Origin: Verrucomicrobiales bacterium
GTDB taxonomy: Bacteria; Verrucomicrobiota; Verrucomicrobiia; Limisphaerales; UBA9464
Assembly (NCBI GenBank): GCA_005801385.1
Contig: SYEM01000207.1
Coordinates: 1-45,400, forward strand
Reading direction: 5' to 3'
DNA length: 45,400 bases
Position 1 is the stretch's first letter. Each line of letters starts with the position of its first letter. Below the pieces are notes generated by a model. The model was not told where the DNA came from, searched no databases, and saw nothing but the letters and a program-made list of their open reading frames with translations. A program made the position numbers and the translations under genes. Shown here in pieces: positions 8,413-16,514 of this stretch.

Positions 8413-9237
8413 ATGCCTGAGCCCGGCGACATCCTTGGAGCCTACACGCTGCACGAGCGGATCAACTCGGGCGGCCAGTCGGAGATCTGGCTGGCCACGG
8501 ATGCCGAGAAGCGTCCGTTCGCCGTCCGGCTGATGCTCAACAACTCGCTGTTCGCCTTTACGGACCGGAAGCGGTTCAACACGGGCTGCGAGGTGCTGCA
8601 GGCCTGCCAGGATGGCCAGTTCATCATCGGGTACGTCGAGCACGGCCGGATCGGCGGGCAACTCGCCCTGGTCATGGAATATGTCGAGGGCTCGAATCTC
8701 AAGCTGCTCATGAGCGCCGGGGATCCGGTGCTGACCGGGAACATCGCCGAGGTGCTGATCGACTTCGCCTCGGCCATCGAGGTGGTCCACGACCGTGGCT
8801 ACATGCACCTCGACGTGAAGCCGGAGAACGTGCTGCTGACCCGCAACGGGAGCCTCCGACTGATCGATTTCGACCTGGCCCATTCAATCCCGAATCCCCC
8901 GCGGAAACAGGACCGGCTCTCGGGCACGCCGGCCTACATGGCGCCCGAACAGCTCCTGAAGCAGCCGATCGACCACCGGGTCGACCTCTGGGCCTTTGGG
9001 GTGAGCGCCTACGAGCTGCTCACGTTCCGCAAACCCTTCCCCGGGGAGAATGCCGACGAGGTCCTGCGCCGCCAGGTGGACCGCTCGGAGTTCATCCGAC
9101 CCCGCGAGATCAACGGCGACATCCCCGCGAATCTCGAGAAGATTGTCCTGCGCTGCCTCGAGAAGGACCCCGCCCGACGCCATCCGATCGCCGGAGTCCT
9201 CGTCCACGAGCTCAAGCAGGCCCTCTACACCTCCTGA
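8413..9237 (+). CDS. Ser/Thr protein kinase-like protein (kinase domain only, non-canonical catalytic motifs)
   Basis: HLDVKPENVLL catalytic loop (H132-D134), GTPAYMAPE activation segment and DLWAFGVSAYELLT. The beta3 'VAIK' position reads FAVRLM (R39, codon 8527-8529), and DFG reads DFD (8866-8874). Confidence 0.85.
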   Translation: MPEPGDILGAYTLHERINSGGQSEIWLATDAEKRPFAVRLMLNNSLFAFTDRKRFNTGCEVLQACQDGQFIIGYVEHGRIGGQLALVMEYVEGSNLKLLMSAGDPVLTGNIAEVLIDFASAIEVVHDRGYMHLDVKPENVLLTRNGSLRLIDFDLAHSIPNPPRKQDRLSGTPAYMAPEQLLKQPIDHRVDLWAFGVSAYELLTFRKPFPGENADEVLRRQVDRSEFIRPREINGDIPANLEKIVLRCLEKDPARRHPIAGVLVHELKQALYTS

Positions 9238-9252
9238 ACCCAGGCCCATTTC

Positions 9253-9705
9253 ATGCCCCACGACTTCAAGGCCACTCGGCGGGTTGAGTTCAGTGACACC
9301 GACATGGCCGGGATCGTCCACTTCTCGGCCTTCTTCCGCTACTTCGAGACCGTGGAGCATGCCTTCATCCGATCGCTGGGCTTCTCGGTGATCCTGCCCG
9401 GCATGGAGCCGCCGATGGGGTTCCCCCGGGTGCATGCCTCGTGCGACTACCGGCGCCCGCTCCGGTTTGAGGACCTCGTTGAACTCCACCTCCTCGTGGC
9501 CGAGAAGACCCGACGGAAGCTGACCTACCAGATCCGTTTCCGTCGGCTTGAACCGGGACCGATGGAGGAAGTGGCCGCTGGAAAGCTCGTGGTGGTCTGC
9601 GTCCAGAAGACCCCCGAGGGCGGCATGCGCTCCGTCGACATTCCCGAGGCGCTGGCCTGCCAGATCGAGGTCGCTCCGGCCCACCTTCTGGCGCTCCCGG
9701 AGTAG
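9253..9705 (+). CDS. acyl-CoA thioesterase, hotdog fold (YbgC/4HBT-like)
   Basis: 150 aa. RVEFSDTDMAGIVHFSAFFRYFETVEHAFIRSLG is the typical 4HBT N-terminal catalytic-Asp region. Starts 15 nt after the kinase stop. Stop is TAG. Confidence 0.8.
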   Translation: MPHDFKATRRVEFSDTDMAGIVHFSAFFRYFETVEHAFIRSLGFSVILPGMEPPMGFPRVHASCDYRRPLRFEDLVELHLLVAEKTRRKLTYQIRFRRLEPGPMEEVAAGKLVVVCVQKTPEGGMRSVDIPEALACQIEVAPAHLLALPE

Positions 9706-9735
9706 GCGCGGACCCGGGTGCCCCCTCGTTGGCTT

Positions 9736-10260
9736 TCAGGGCAGAATCGGGCCGCCTGGCGAGATAAAGGTTCGGGATCCCGGAGCGGGCAGCGTCTCCC
9801 ACTGCGTCAACATCCCGCCCCGAAACGTCAGCCGGGCGCTCACGTAGTCCTGGAACGCGTACTCGGTCGTCACCACCCGGTCGAGGTACCGGTTGCCGTC
9901 CCGGCCGCGGACCTCGATGTAGTTCCAGTTCACGAACTGGTCGGTCGTGCTCCGGGAATAGAGCCAGGTGGTCTCCTCACCGGTCGAATCACCCCGACGC
10001 AGCACCTGGGCGGGCTTTCCCCAGGCGATGAAGACGGCATCCTCGGGCATGCCGACCTGGACCTGGCCGCGGTCGACCAGGGATCGCTGTTCCGGCGTCA
10101 GTGCCTGGTAGGCCGACGCCCTCTCGACCCGGCGCTTGGCAATCTGACGCGGATCGGTAGGCGCGGAAGCACAGCCGAGGATGCCGAGCAGAAGCACCAC
10201 GAAAACGAAACCTGGACGCTGAGGATGCACACCGAGCCGACGCACCGGAGGATCCTGCAT
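9736..10260 (-). CDS. putative lipoprotein, unknown function
   Basis: Track ORF 9736..10548, trimmed to the ATG at 10260. MQDPPVRRLGVHPQRPGFVFVVLLLGILGC|ASAP has a lipobox ILGC. Codon third positions are GC-rich in this frame. Confidence 0.6.
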   Translation of the reverse strand: MQDPPVRRLGVHPQRPGFVFVVLLLGILGCASAPTDPRQIAKRRVERASAYQALTPEQRSLVDRGQVQVGMPEDAVFIAWGKPAQVLRRGDSTGEETTWLYSRSTTDQFVNWNYIEVRGRDGNRYLDRVVTTEYAFQDYVSARLTFRGGMLTQWETLPAPGSRTFISPGGPILP

Positions 10261-10392
10261 TCGAAGGGGTGGGACGCCAACGCGGACTTTGCTCGATCCG
10301 TCGTGACCCACATCGGCCGGCCCGATTGTGCGATCTCGCCATTCCGAAAACGTCGCTCCGAAGGGTCCCGTCCCATAGTCTCGAATCCTCCA

Positions 10393-11709
10393 ATGACCCG
10401 CCTTGCCCGCATCCTCCTGCTGGTGATGGGTCTGCTTTCCCTGAACTCCAAGACCGCTGCGGTCCCACCAGCCTCCGGCACCGGCGACTGGGTGTGGTTT
10501 CCCGATACCTTTCCAACGATGGCGCCCTATCTGGTCACGCTCGACCAATTCGGCACCTCCGCGATGGCCCCGGGACCGGTGATCCCGTCCGACCCCGTGA
10601 GCCGACTGGGTCAGGGAGTGAAGATGCGGCTGGGATCGGTGGGGTTCGAGTACAACTTCTATCAGAGCATCAGTCTCGTCGACATCCCACGCCCGGTGAC
10701 CGGCCTGGATGCCCTGGTGTACTACACCACCGAGTTCCAGGGAAAATGGGTGGTTGCCCGGTCACCTGGAGGAACCGGCCTGGGGCTGAGCCTTCAGTTC
10801 ACCGGCCAAGAGGGACTGACCCGGGACACCCAAGCCCCAATGGAACACAGCCCCCAGATCAACTTCGGGTCTCTTTCCAATCCCCAGGCCAACGTGACCG
10901 GTATGGAGGGGTACCGGCTCGCCGAGATCGCAGCCCAGATATCGAGCCCCCACGGCGACTGGATTCTGCTCCTCGGGATGGTCGACCAGGGCAACTACGT
11001 CGACTCCAACAGCTACGCCAACAACAGCCAGACGCAGTTCCTGAACGATGCGCTCGTCAACAACGTGACGATCCCACTTCCCGAGGCCAACCTCGGCTTC
11101 AACCTGCAGTGGCAGCCCAGCCGGCAGCTCTACCTTCTGCTGGGGGCAGGATCGAATCTTCAGATTCCCAAGAGCGGCCTGGTCCTCTCGCTCGGAACCG
11201 ACAACTGGAGCTACTTGCTGGAGCTGGGCCTCATCACCACCAACACCTTCGGGATGGGCCCCGGCATCTACCGCATCCAACCCTTCCTTGCCACCGTCCA
11301 GGGCGACTCCCAGGGGGGCGTCGGACTGAACTTTCAGCAGGATCTCGGGATCCATACCCCGATCGCGGCGTTCGGAAGACTCGGCGTCTGCGGCAACCAG
11401 ATCGCCTTCGAGAACATCCGGGCCCAGGGATCCCTCGGACTTGCCCTGACCGGCCCGATCGATGCCCCGGGTCCGATCCCACTCTTCAGCAACGACCTGC
11501 TCGGACTCGCTTTTGTCTGGAGCCAAGCCGTGCCGGATGGATCCCCCGTGTACCGCCTGAACGAATACAGCACGGAGCTCTTCTACTCCTTCCAGATCAC
11601 ACCCACACTCAAGCTCCAGCCCGACCTGCAAGTGTTCTGGGACGCCGCCTACCGCCCCCAGTCCGAGGTCAGCCTCCTCTGGCAGCTGCAGCTGACCCCA
11701 GACAGGTGA
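10393..11709 (+). CDS. OprB-family (carbohydrate-selective) porin-like outer membrane protein
   Basis: Track ORF 9718..11709, trimmed to the ATG at 10393 (MTRLARILLLVMGLLSLNSKTAAV signal peptide). YANNSQTQFLNDALVNN and the C-terminal EYSTELFYSFQITPTLKLQPDLQVFWD resemble OprB porins. The sequence shows an alternating beta-strand pattern. Confidence 0.7.
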   Translation: MTRLARILLLVMGLLSLNSKTAAVPPASGTGDWVWFPDTFPTMAPYLVTLDQFGTSAMAPGPVIPSDPVSRLGQGVKMRLGSVGFEYNFYQSISLVDIPRPVTGLDALVYYTTEFQGKWVVARSPGGTGLGLSLQFTGQEGLTRDTQAPMEHSPQINFGSLSNPQANVTGMEGYRLAEIAAQISSPHGDWILLLGMVDQGNYVDSNSYANNSQTQFLNDALVNNVTIPLPEANLGFNLQWQPSRQLYLLLGAGSNLQIPKSGLVLSLGTDNWSYLLELGLITTNTFGMGPGIYRIQPFLATVQGDSQGGVGLNFQQDLGIHTPIAAFGRLGVCGNQIAFENIRAQGSLGLALTGPIDAPGPIPLFSNDLLGLAFVWSQAVPDGSPVYRLNEYSTELFYSFQITPTLKLQPDLQVFWDAAYRPQSEVSLLWQLQLTPDR

Positions 11710-11762
11710 CCTGACCCCAGACAGGTGACCTGACCCCAGACAGGTGACCTGACCCCAGACGG
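11692..11762. repeat. 19-bp tandem repeat, about 3.7 copies (unit cctgaccccagacaggtga)
   Basis: Read directly: gctgaccccagacaggtga (11692-11710), cctgaccccagacaggtga (11711-11729), the same unit again (11730-11748), then partial cctgaccccagacg (11749-11762). The first copy encodes the last five codons (LTPDR) and the TGA stop of the porin. Confidence 0.9.
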
Positions 11763-11801
11763 ATCATCGGCCCGGATTCTCCAAGAAGCCGACCTTGATG
11801 C

Positions 11802-12425
11802 CTAGGGGAGCACCTCGACCGTGATGTCCTTGAACGACACCAGCGTTTTACCCGCTCCATGGACCTGGAGTCCGATGCGCCCATGCTGCGGGATTGAGGG
11901 GTCCTTTTCGGTGTAGTCCACGGTCGTAACCCCGTTGATCTTGAGGACGAGGCGAGGCCCCTCACAGCGGACTTCGTAGTCGTTCCACTGTCCTTTCCTC
12001 ACCGGCTTGCCCATCTCCGCATCGCTGGGTTTCGCAAGGACAGTGTTGCGACGCGACTCGTCATACAACGCCCCCCACCAGCCGTCCCCGATGTCGGCCT
12101 GGTAGCCAATCATCTCAGAATCGTTCGGCACCCGCTGGCTGCGGACCTGGATCCCGGAGTTCACGAAGCCCTCCGTCCCCTCAATCTTGAACCTCGCCCG
12201 TACGATGAAGTTGGTGAACGACTGGGTCGTGGCGACGAACTCGTTGCGCGGGACCATCGTGGTGAGGCTGCCGCCCTGGATCGTCCCGTCGACGATCCGC
12301 CAGGTCTTCTGCGTGTCGCCATCCCACCCCATGAAGGACTTGCCGTCGAACAAGGCCACCCGCTCTCCCCCGAGGAGACGCAGCGACACAAGGAGACCAA
12401 GGACGAGGATCAGAGCGGGCTTCAT
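11802..12425 (-). CDS. DUF1080 (3-keto-disaccharide hydrolase-like, LamG fold) secreted protein
   Basis: Track ORF 11802..12662, trimmed to the ATG at 12425 (MKPALILVLGLLVSLRLLGG signal). LFDGKSFMGWDGDTQKTWRIVDGTIQGG..., GYQADIGDGWWGALYDE and GRIGLQVHG...VSFKDITVEVL match the DUF1080 pattern. Confidence 0.85.
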   Translation of the reverse strand: MKPALILVLGLLVSLRLLGGERVALFDGKSFMGWDGDTQKTWRIVDGTIQGGSLTTMVPRNEFVATTQSFTNFIVRARFKIEGTEGFVNSGIQVRSQRVPNDSEMIGYQADIGDGWWGALYDESRRNTVLAKPSDAEMGKPVRKGQWNDYEVRCEGPRLVLKINGVTTVDYTEKDPSIPQHGRIGLQVHGAGKTLVSFKDITVEVLP

Positions 12426-12481
12426 GCCCTGAGACTGGGGAAATGCCGGGGGATCGTCCAGCGTCCGCAGTCGCCCCTGGC

Positions 12482-13753
12482 TCACCAGACGCGAGCCCAG
12501 ATCAACTTGAGATACCGTCCCTCGGGACAATTCGAAAGTACGGGGTGGTCGAGGCCCGGTCCGGTGCGGTCGAGGATCTGGAGCTTCCGGTCGATGCGCT
12601 GACCGGCCCGCACCACGATCCGCTCGAACTCCTCCGCCGGGAGCTGTCCGGAGCAGGAACAAGTCACCAAGAACCCGCCTGGCTCGGTGATCGAGATTCC
12701 GAGGATGTTCAGATCCTCATACCGACGGAGTCCCTCCTCGTCGTCTTCCCGACCAAACACCAGCTTCGGCGGATCGAGGATCACGACCTCGAACCGCTTG
12801 CCGTCAGCACGCATCTGGCGCGCATAACTAAAGGCATCGCAGTGGACCCACTGGACCCGCGCATCGTTCAGATTGGCGTTGCGACGGGCCTGGGCGATCA
12901 CCTTCTCGTCGAGATCCACCCCGGTCACCTCCGCCGCCTGCCCCGTCACCTTCGCCGAGATCGAGAACCCGCCCGTGTAGCTGCAGAGGTCGAGAACACG
13001 ACGTCCCCGGGCAAGCTCCGCCAGGCGACGGCGATTGTCCCGCTGATCGCAGAAGAACCCAGTTTTGTGGCCGCTGGTGAAGTCCACTTCGTAGCGGATG
13101 CCATTCTCGCGAATCTTCACCGAGCGGACGGGATCCGATGGAATGTCGGCCACACGGATGCCTTCCTGGCGGGCAATGTCCGGATCGACCTCGATCACCG
13201 CGCGCGCGGTTCCCAACCGTTCATGCAGTCGCTTCAGCAGGGTCGGTAGTCGCTGCCAGATCCCAAGGCTGTGGACCTGAACGCTCAGGACATCCGCAAA
13301 GCGGTCGACCACCAAGCCACTCAGTCCATCCCCATCGGAATGGACCACTCGATAGGCATCGGTGGAGTCTGGGAGTCGCAGGTGGATCAGTCGGAGGTCG
13401 ATGGCCCGGTCCAGAAGGGTCGTCAGGAGCGAGTCGTCCACGGGATCGGGTCCGTGGTGGAGGATCCGGAGCGGCACCCGGGACCGATCGTTCCAGAGTC
13501 CCGCGCCGAAGAGTCGTCCCTCGCGATCGCGGACCTGAACCCAGGAACCGGGTCGGGCGTCGGGCGACGCAGCACGGATCATGGGTGGATAGACATGGGG
13601 GTGAAGCCGGTACGACTTGAGGTGCACCCAAGGGGTCTTCCAGCCACTCCGATCCACCTCCGGATCGGGCCCGGGACGGGGCGGCATCGGACGCGGACGA
13701 AAGGGGCGGTTTCTGAAACCATCGTTCACAACGGATCGCGTAGCCTGTCCCAC
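12482..13753 (-). CDS. class I SAM-dependent rRNA (cytosine-C5) methyltransferase, RlmI-like
   Basis: PUA-like N-terminus (GSWVQVRDREGRLFGAGLWN), GLVVDRFADVLSVQV, SAM motif I VLDLCSYTGGFS and motif IV VVILDPPK. The start is uncertain (13753, or the internal ATG at 13687). Confidence 0.8.
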   Translation of the reverse strand: MGQATRSVVNDGFRNRPFRPRPMPPRPGPDPEVDRSGWKTPWVHLKSYRLHPHVYPPMIRAASPDARPGSWVQVRDREGRLFGAGLWNDRSRVPLRILHHGPDPVDDSLLTTLLDRAIDLRLIHLRLPDSTDAYRVVHSDGDGLSGLVVDRFADVLSVQVHSLGIWQRLPTLLKRLHERLGTARAVIEVDPDIARQEGIRVADIPSDPVRSVKIRENGIRYEVDFTSGHKTGFFCDQRDNRRRLAELARGRRVLDLCSYTGGFSISAKVTGQAAEVTGVDLDEKVIAQARRNANLNDARVQWVHCDAFSYARQMRADGKRFEVVILDPPKLVFGREDDEEGLRRYEDLNILGISITEPGGFLVTCSCSGQLPAEEFERIVVRAGQRIDRKLQILDRTGPGLDHPVLSNCPEGRYLKLIWARVW

Positions 13754-13881
13754 ACCTCCGCGGCAATGGGGAACTCCAGAAGATTCAGGGCCACCTCACG
13801 GGTCTGACCCCCATTGGGGGCCACGGATCCAGCCTCCGGTTTGCTGGTGTCCACTGGGGGTGAGAGTGTTTTGCCCGCGTC

Positions 13882-14787
13882 ATGAACACCGCCCTTCGCC
13901 CCCTTCCCACCCTGGGCCTCCTGCTGACCCTCCCCTCGCCGACTGAAGCCTGCACCTCGATGCTGCTGCCTTCGAAGGACGGAGGCTACGTCTACACCCG
14001 CACGATGGAGTTCACGCTCCAGATGCAGTCCCAGATCATGATCCTGCCGCGGGGCCAGAAGATGGTCTCCCACGAGGTGGTGACCTGGGTGCTGGGGAGC
14101 TTCGCCACCGTGGCCGAGATCAAGGACGGCATCCGCAAGGTCTACGTCTCCGGAACGCGGCTGAAGCAGTTCGGCAACAATGTCCCGCCGGTCCACTACT
14201 CCTTCCATGACGCCCAGGGCAACAGCGTGGCCATCGAGTATGTGAAGGGCGAACTGCACGTGTACGACAACCCCACGAATGTGTTCACAAATGCGCCCGA
14301 CTTCCCCTACCAGCTCGCGAACCTCTCCCAGTACCAGTACATCTCGCCGAACGTCCTGCCCCCGATCCAGGCCGGGAAGATGACCCTCTCCGCCGCGAGC
14401 TCCGGCGCAGGACTCAACGGCCTGCCTGGCGGCTACCTGGCCCCGGCGCGAGTCGTCCGCGCCTTCTTCGCACAGTAGTTCGCGCCGGTGCAGTCCACCT
14501 CCGACCAATCCGTGACCGCAGCCCTGCGTCTGATGGCGGGGTTCGATCTGCCGACCGGATCGATCCAGACCAGCGCCACCGGTGGTGGGGAAGGCGGTGG
14601 CGTGTCCGGCAACGAGACCACCGAATGGACCTCGGCATCCGACATGAAGGCCCTCCGGTATTACATCCGGACTTATGACAACCCGGACGTCCGCTACGTC
14701 GACCTCCGCAAGGCCGCTCCGACCGCAAAATCCATCCAGTTCGTCCCGCTCAACCAGCCGCAGGTGATCCGCGATCTCACGCCGTGA
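13882..14787 (+). pseudogene. choloylglycine hydrolase / linear amide C-N hydrolase family (Ntn hydrolase) interrupted by one in-frame TAG
   Basis: Track ORFs 13882..14478 and 14488..14787 are in the same frame, separated only by the TAG at 14476-14478 (..ARVVRAFFAQ*FAPVQSTSDQSVTAALRLMAGFDLPTGSI..). The N-terminal signal ends in A23|C24 (TEA|CTSMLL), which is the Ntn Cys nucleophile. The downstream piece (TEWTSASDMKALRYYIRTYDNPDVRYVDLRK) looks like the family C-terminus. Confidence 0.8.
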
Positions 14788-15040
14788 TCGCGGCTGAGAT
14801 TGCGGGTGCGTTCGGATTGTTCAGGGCTTCAGTCGCGGTCGGTTCAGCGATGATCGCCGCGAACGAACCCTCGGATACCCACAAAAGAGGTTCATCGTTG
14901 TCTTCGCTGGATGGACCAGTGGGCCTCCGGGATCGACCGGTTCAACCCAGGGACTCTGTTTCCCCTGATGCAGACACTCCCGTTGGACCGGGCCCCATCC
15001 GCCCCAGATCTGGGTCGTTTTCCAACGGCCAGCCAGAGGT

Positions 15041-16492
15041 TCACGCCAGCACCTGAGGGATCACACGTCGTTCGACCACACTCGTCAGACGCTGGTCGAG
15101 ACCCCCGTGGAAGAATTTCAGCCGCGTGTGGTCCAGGCCCATCAGGTGGAGGAGGGTGGCGTGGAGATCCGACACATGGCATCGATCCTCCACTGCCCGG
15201 AACCCAAGTTCGTCAGTGGCCCCGATCGCCTGTCCCCCCCGCACCCCTGCACCCGCCAGCCACATCGAGAAGCCATGCCAGTCGTGGTCCCGACCCGGCT
15301 TGTCCACCCCCTCGCTGGTCGGGGTGCGACCAAACTCGCCGCCCCAGATCAGCACCGTCTCGTCCCAGAGGCCCGTGCGCTTGAGATCCGCCATCAGTGC
15401 CGCGATGGGCCGGTCGGTCTCCGCGGCATGGAGCCGATGGTTGCCGATGCAGTCGTTGTGCCCGTCCCAAGTGTCCTCAATGTGCCCTCCACCCGAGTAG
15501 AGCTGGACGAATCGGACACCCCTCTCCAAGAGGCGGCGGGTGATGAGACATTTGCGGCCGAAGTCGGCGGTGACCGGATTGTCCAGTCCGTACCGCTCCC
15601 GGGTTGCGGTGCTTTCGCGACCGACATCGACCACCTCGGCGGCGCTGGCCTGCATGCGGTAGGCGGTCTCGTAGGAGGCGATCCGCGCGGCGAGTTCGGA
15701 TTCGCCGGGACGGGATTCGAGATGTTCCTGGTTGAGACGTCGCAGCAGGTCGAGGCTCGACCGTTGGGTCGACTCGGAGACGCCGCCCGGCGTGGCGAGA
15801 TCCAGGAGCGGGCTGCCAACGCTGCGGAACAAGGTTCCCTGATAGGCTGCGGGCATGTAGCCGGCACTCCAGTTCGACGCACTGCCGATCGGGCCTCCTC
15901 GCGGATCGGTCATCACCACAAACGACGGCAATTCCTCGTTGTCGGTCCCGAGCCCGTAGGTGAGCCATGCCCCGAGACAGGGTTTCCCGATGAAGATGCT
16001 CCCGGAGTTCATCTGGAGACACCCCGAGGCGTGGGCCGCGGTGTCGGCATGCATCGACCGGATCACGCAGAGGTCGTCCGCAAACCGGGACGTGTGGGGG
16101 AAGAGGCTGCTGATCTCGAGTCCGCTCCGACCGTGTCGTCGGAACTCGAACGGCGACTGCATGAGCTTGCCGATGGGACGCCCATTCGAGCCGACCTTGG
16201 CGTCTCCTGTATAGGGCTGGCCGTGGTACCGGGTGAGTGTGGGTTTCGGATCGAAGGTGTCCACCTGGCTCGGCCCGCCATTCATGAACAGGAAGACGGC
16301 CCGCTTGGCCTTCGCCCGGAAGTGGGGTGCCTTGGGGGCCAGCGGCGACGGGGTCGAGGCCTCGATCCGTGGCAACGCCCCCGTCCGCGTCATGAGCTCC
16401 GCCAACGCCAGCAAGCCGAACCCACCGCCCGCTCGGGCGAGGAAGTCGCGGCGGCAGGAAAATCCGGGCGACGAATGCAGTGGAGAGATCAT
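15041..16492 (-). CDS. DUF1501 domain protein (second copy), Tat signal
   Basis: SCRRDFLARAGGGFGLLALAEL is a twin-arginine signal. RAVFLFMNGGPSQVDTFDPKP, DDLCVIRSM and WGGEFGRTP are parallel to the protein at 6011..7426 (roughly 40% identity by eye). Confidence 0.9.
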   Translation of the reverse strand: MISPLHSSPGFSCRRDFLARAGGGFGLLALAELMTRTGALPRIEASTPSPLAPKAPHFRAKAKRAVFLFMNGGPSQVDTFDPKPTLTRYHGQPYTGDAKVGSNGRPIGKLMQSPFEFRRHGRSGLEISSLFPHTSRFADDLCVIRSMHADTAAHASGCLQMNSGSIFIGKPCLGAWLTYGLGTDNEELPSFVVMTDPRGGPIGSASNWSAGYMPAAYQGTLFRSVGSPLLDLATPGGVSESTQRSSLDLLRRLNQEHLESRPGESELAARIASYETAYRMQASAAEVVDVGRESTATRERYGLDNPVTADFGRKCLITRRLLERGVRFVQLYSGGGHIEDTWDGHNDCIGNHRLHAAETDRPIAALMADLKRTGLWDETVLIWGGEFGRTPTSEGVDKPGRDHDWHGFSMWLAGAGVRGGQAIGATDELGFRAVEDRCHVSDLHATLLHLMGLDHTRLKFFHGGLDQRLTSVVERRVIPQVLA

Positions 16493-16514
16493 TGGTTGGA
16501 GCGCCTCGCAGAGG

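Noticed and set aside
9718-10392. N-terminal extensions of track ORFs, for example 9718..11709, 21506..24076, 27581..29029, 27746..29347, 30919..32886, 31429..33405, 33397..35550
   Set aside because: The upstream parts overlap neighbouring genes on the other strand and translate to Arg/Pro-rich junk. Internal ATG or GTG starts give proper signal peptides or canonical family N-termini.
11692-11762. Possible CRISPR array
   Set aside because: The repeats are directly contiguous 19-mers with no spacers, only about 3.7 copies, and there are no cas genes. It is a simple tandem repeat.
13882-14787. TAG reassignment or pyrrolysine as the explanation for the in-frame TAG
   Set aside because: TAG terminates at least three well-supported genes in the window (1383-1385 reverse, 9703-9705, 29345-29347). 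No pyl genes are present. A nonsense mutation, sequencing error or local read-through is more parsimonious.
14788-15040. 250-bp convergent spacer: possible tRNA or small RNA (ggttcaaccc T-loop-like string near 14940), and track ORF 14784..15056
   Set aside because: I could not fold any 5-bp T-stem or cloverleaf around the motif. The ORF has no motif and poor coding bias. I could verify nothing beyond weak short inverted repeats.
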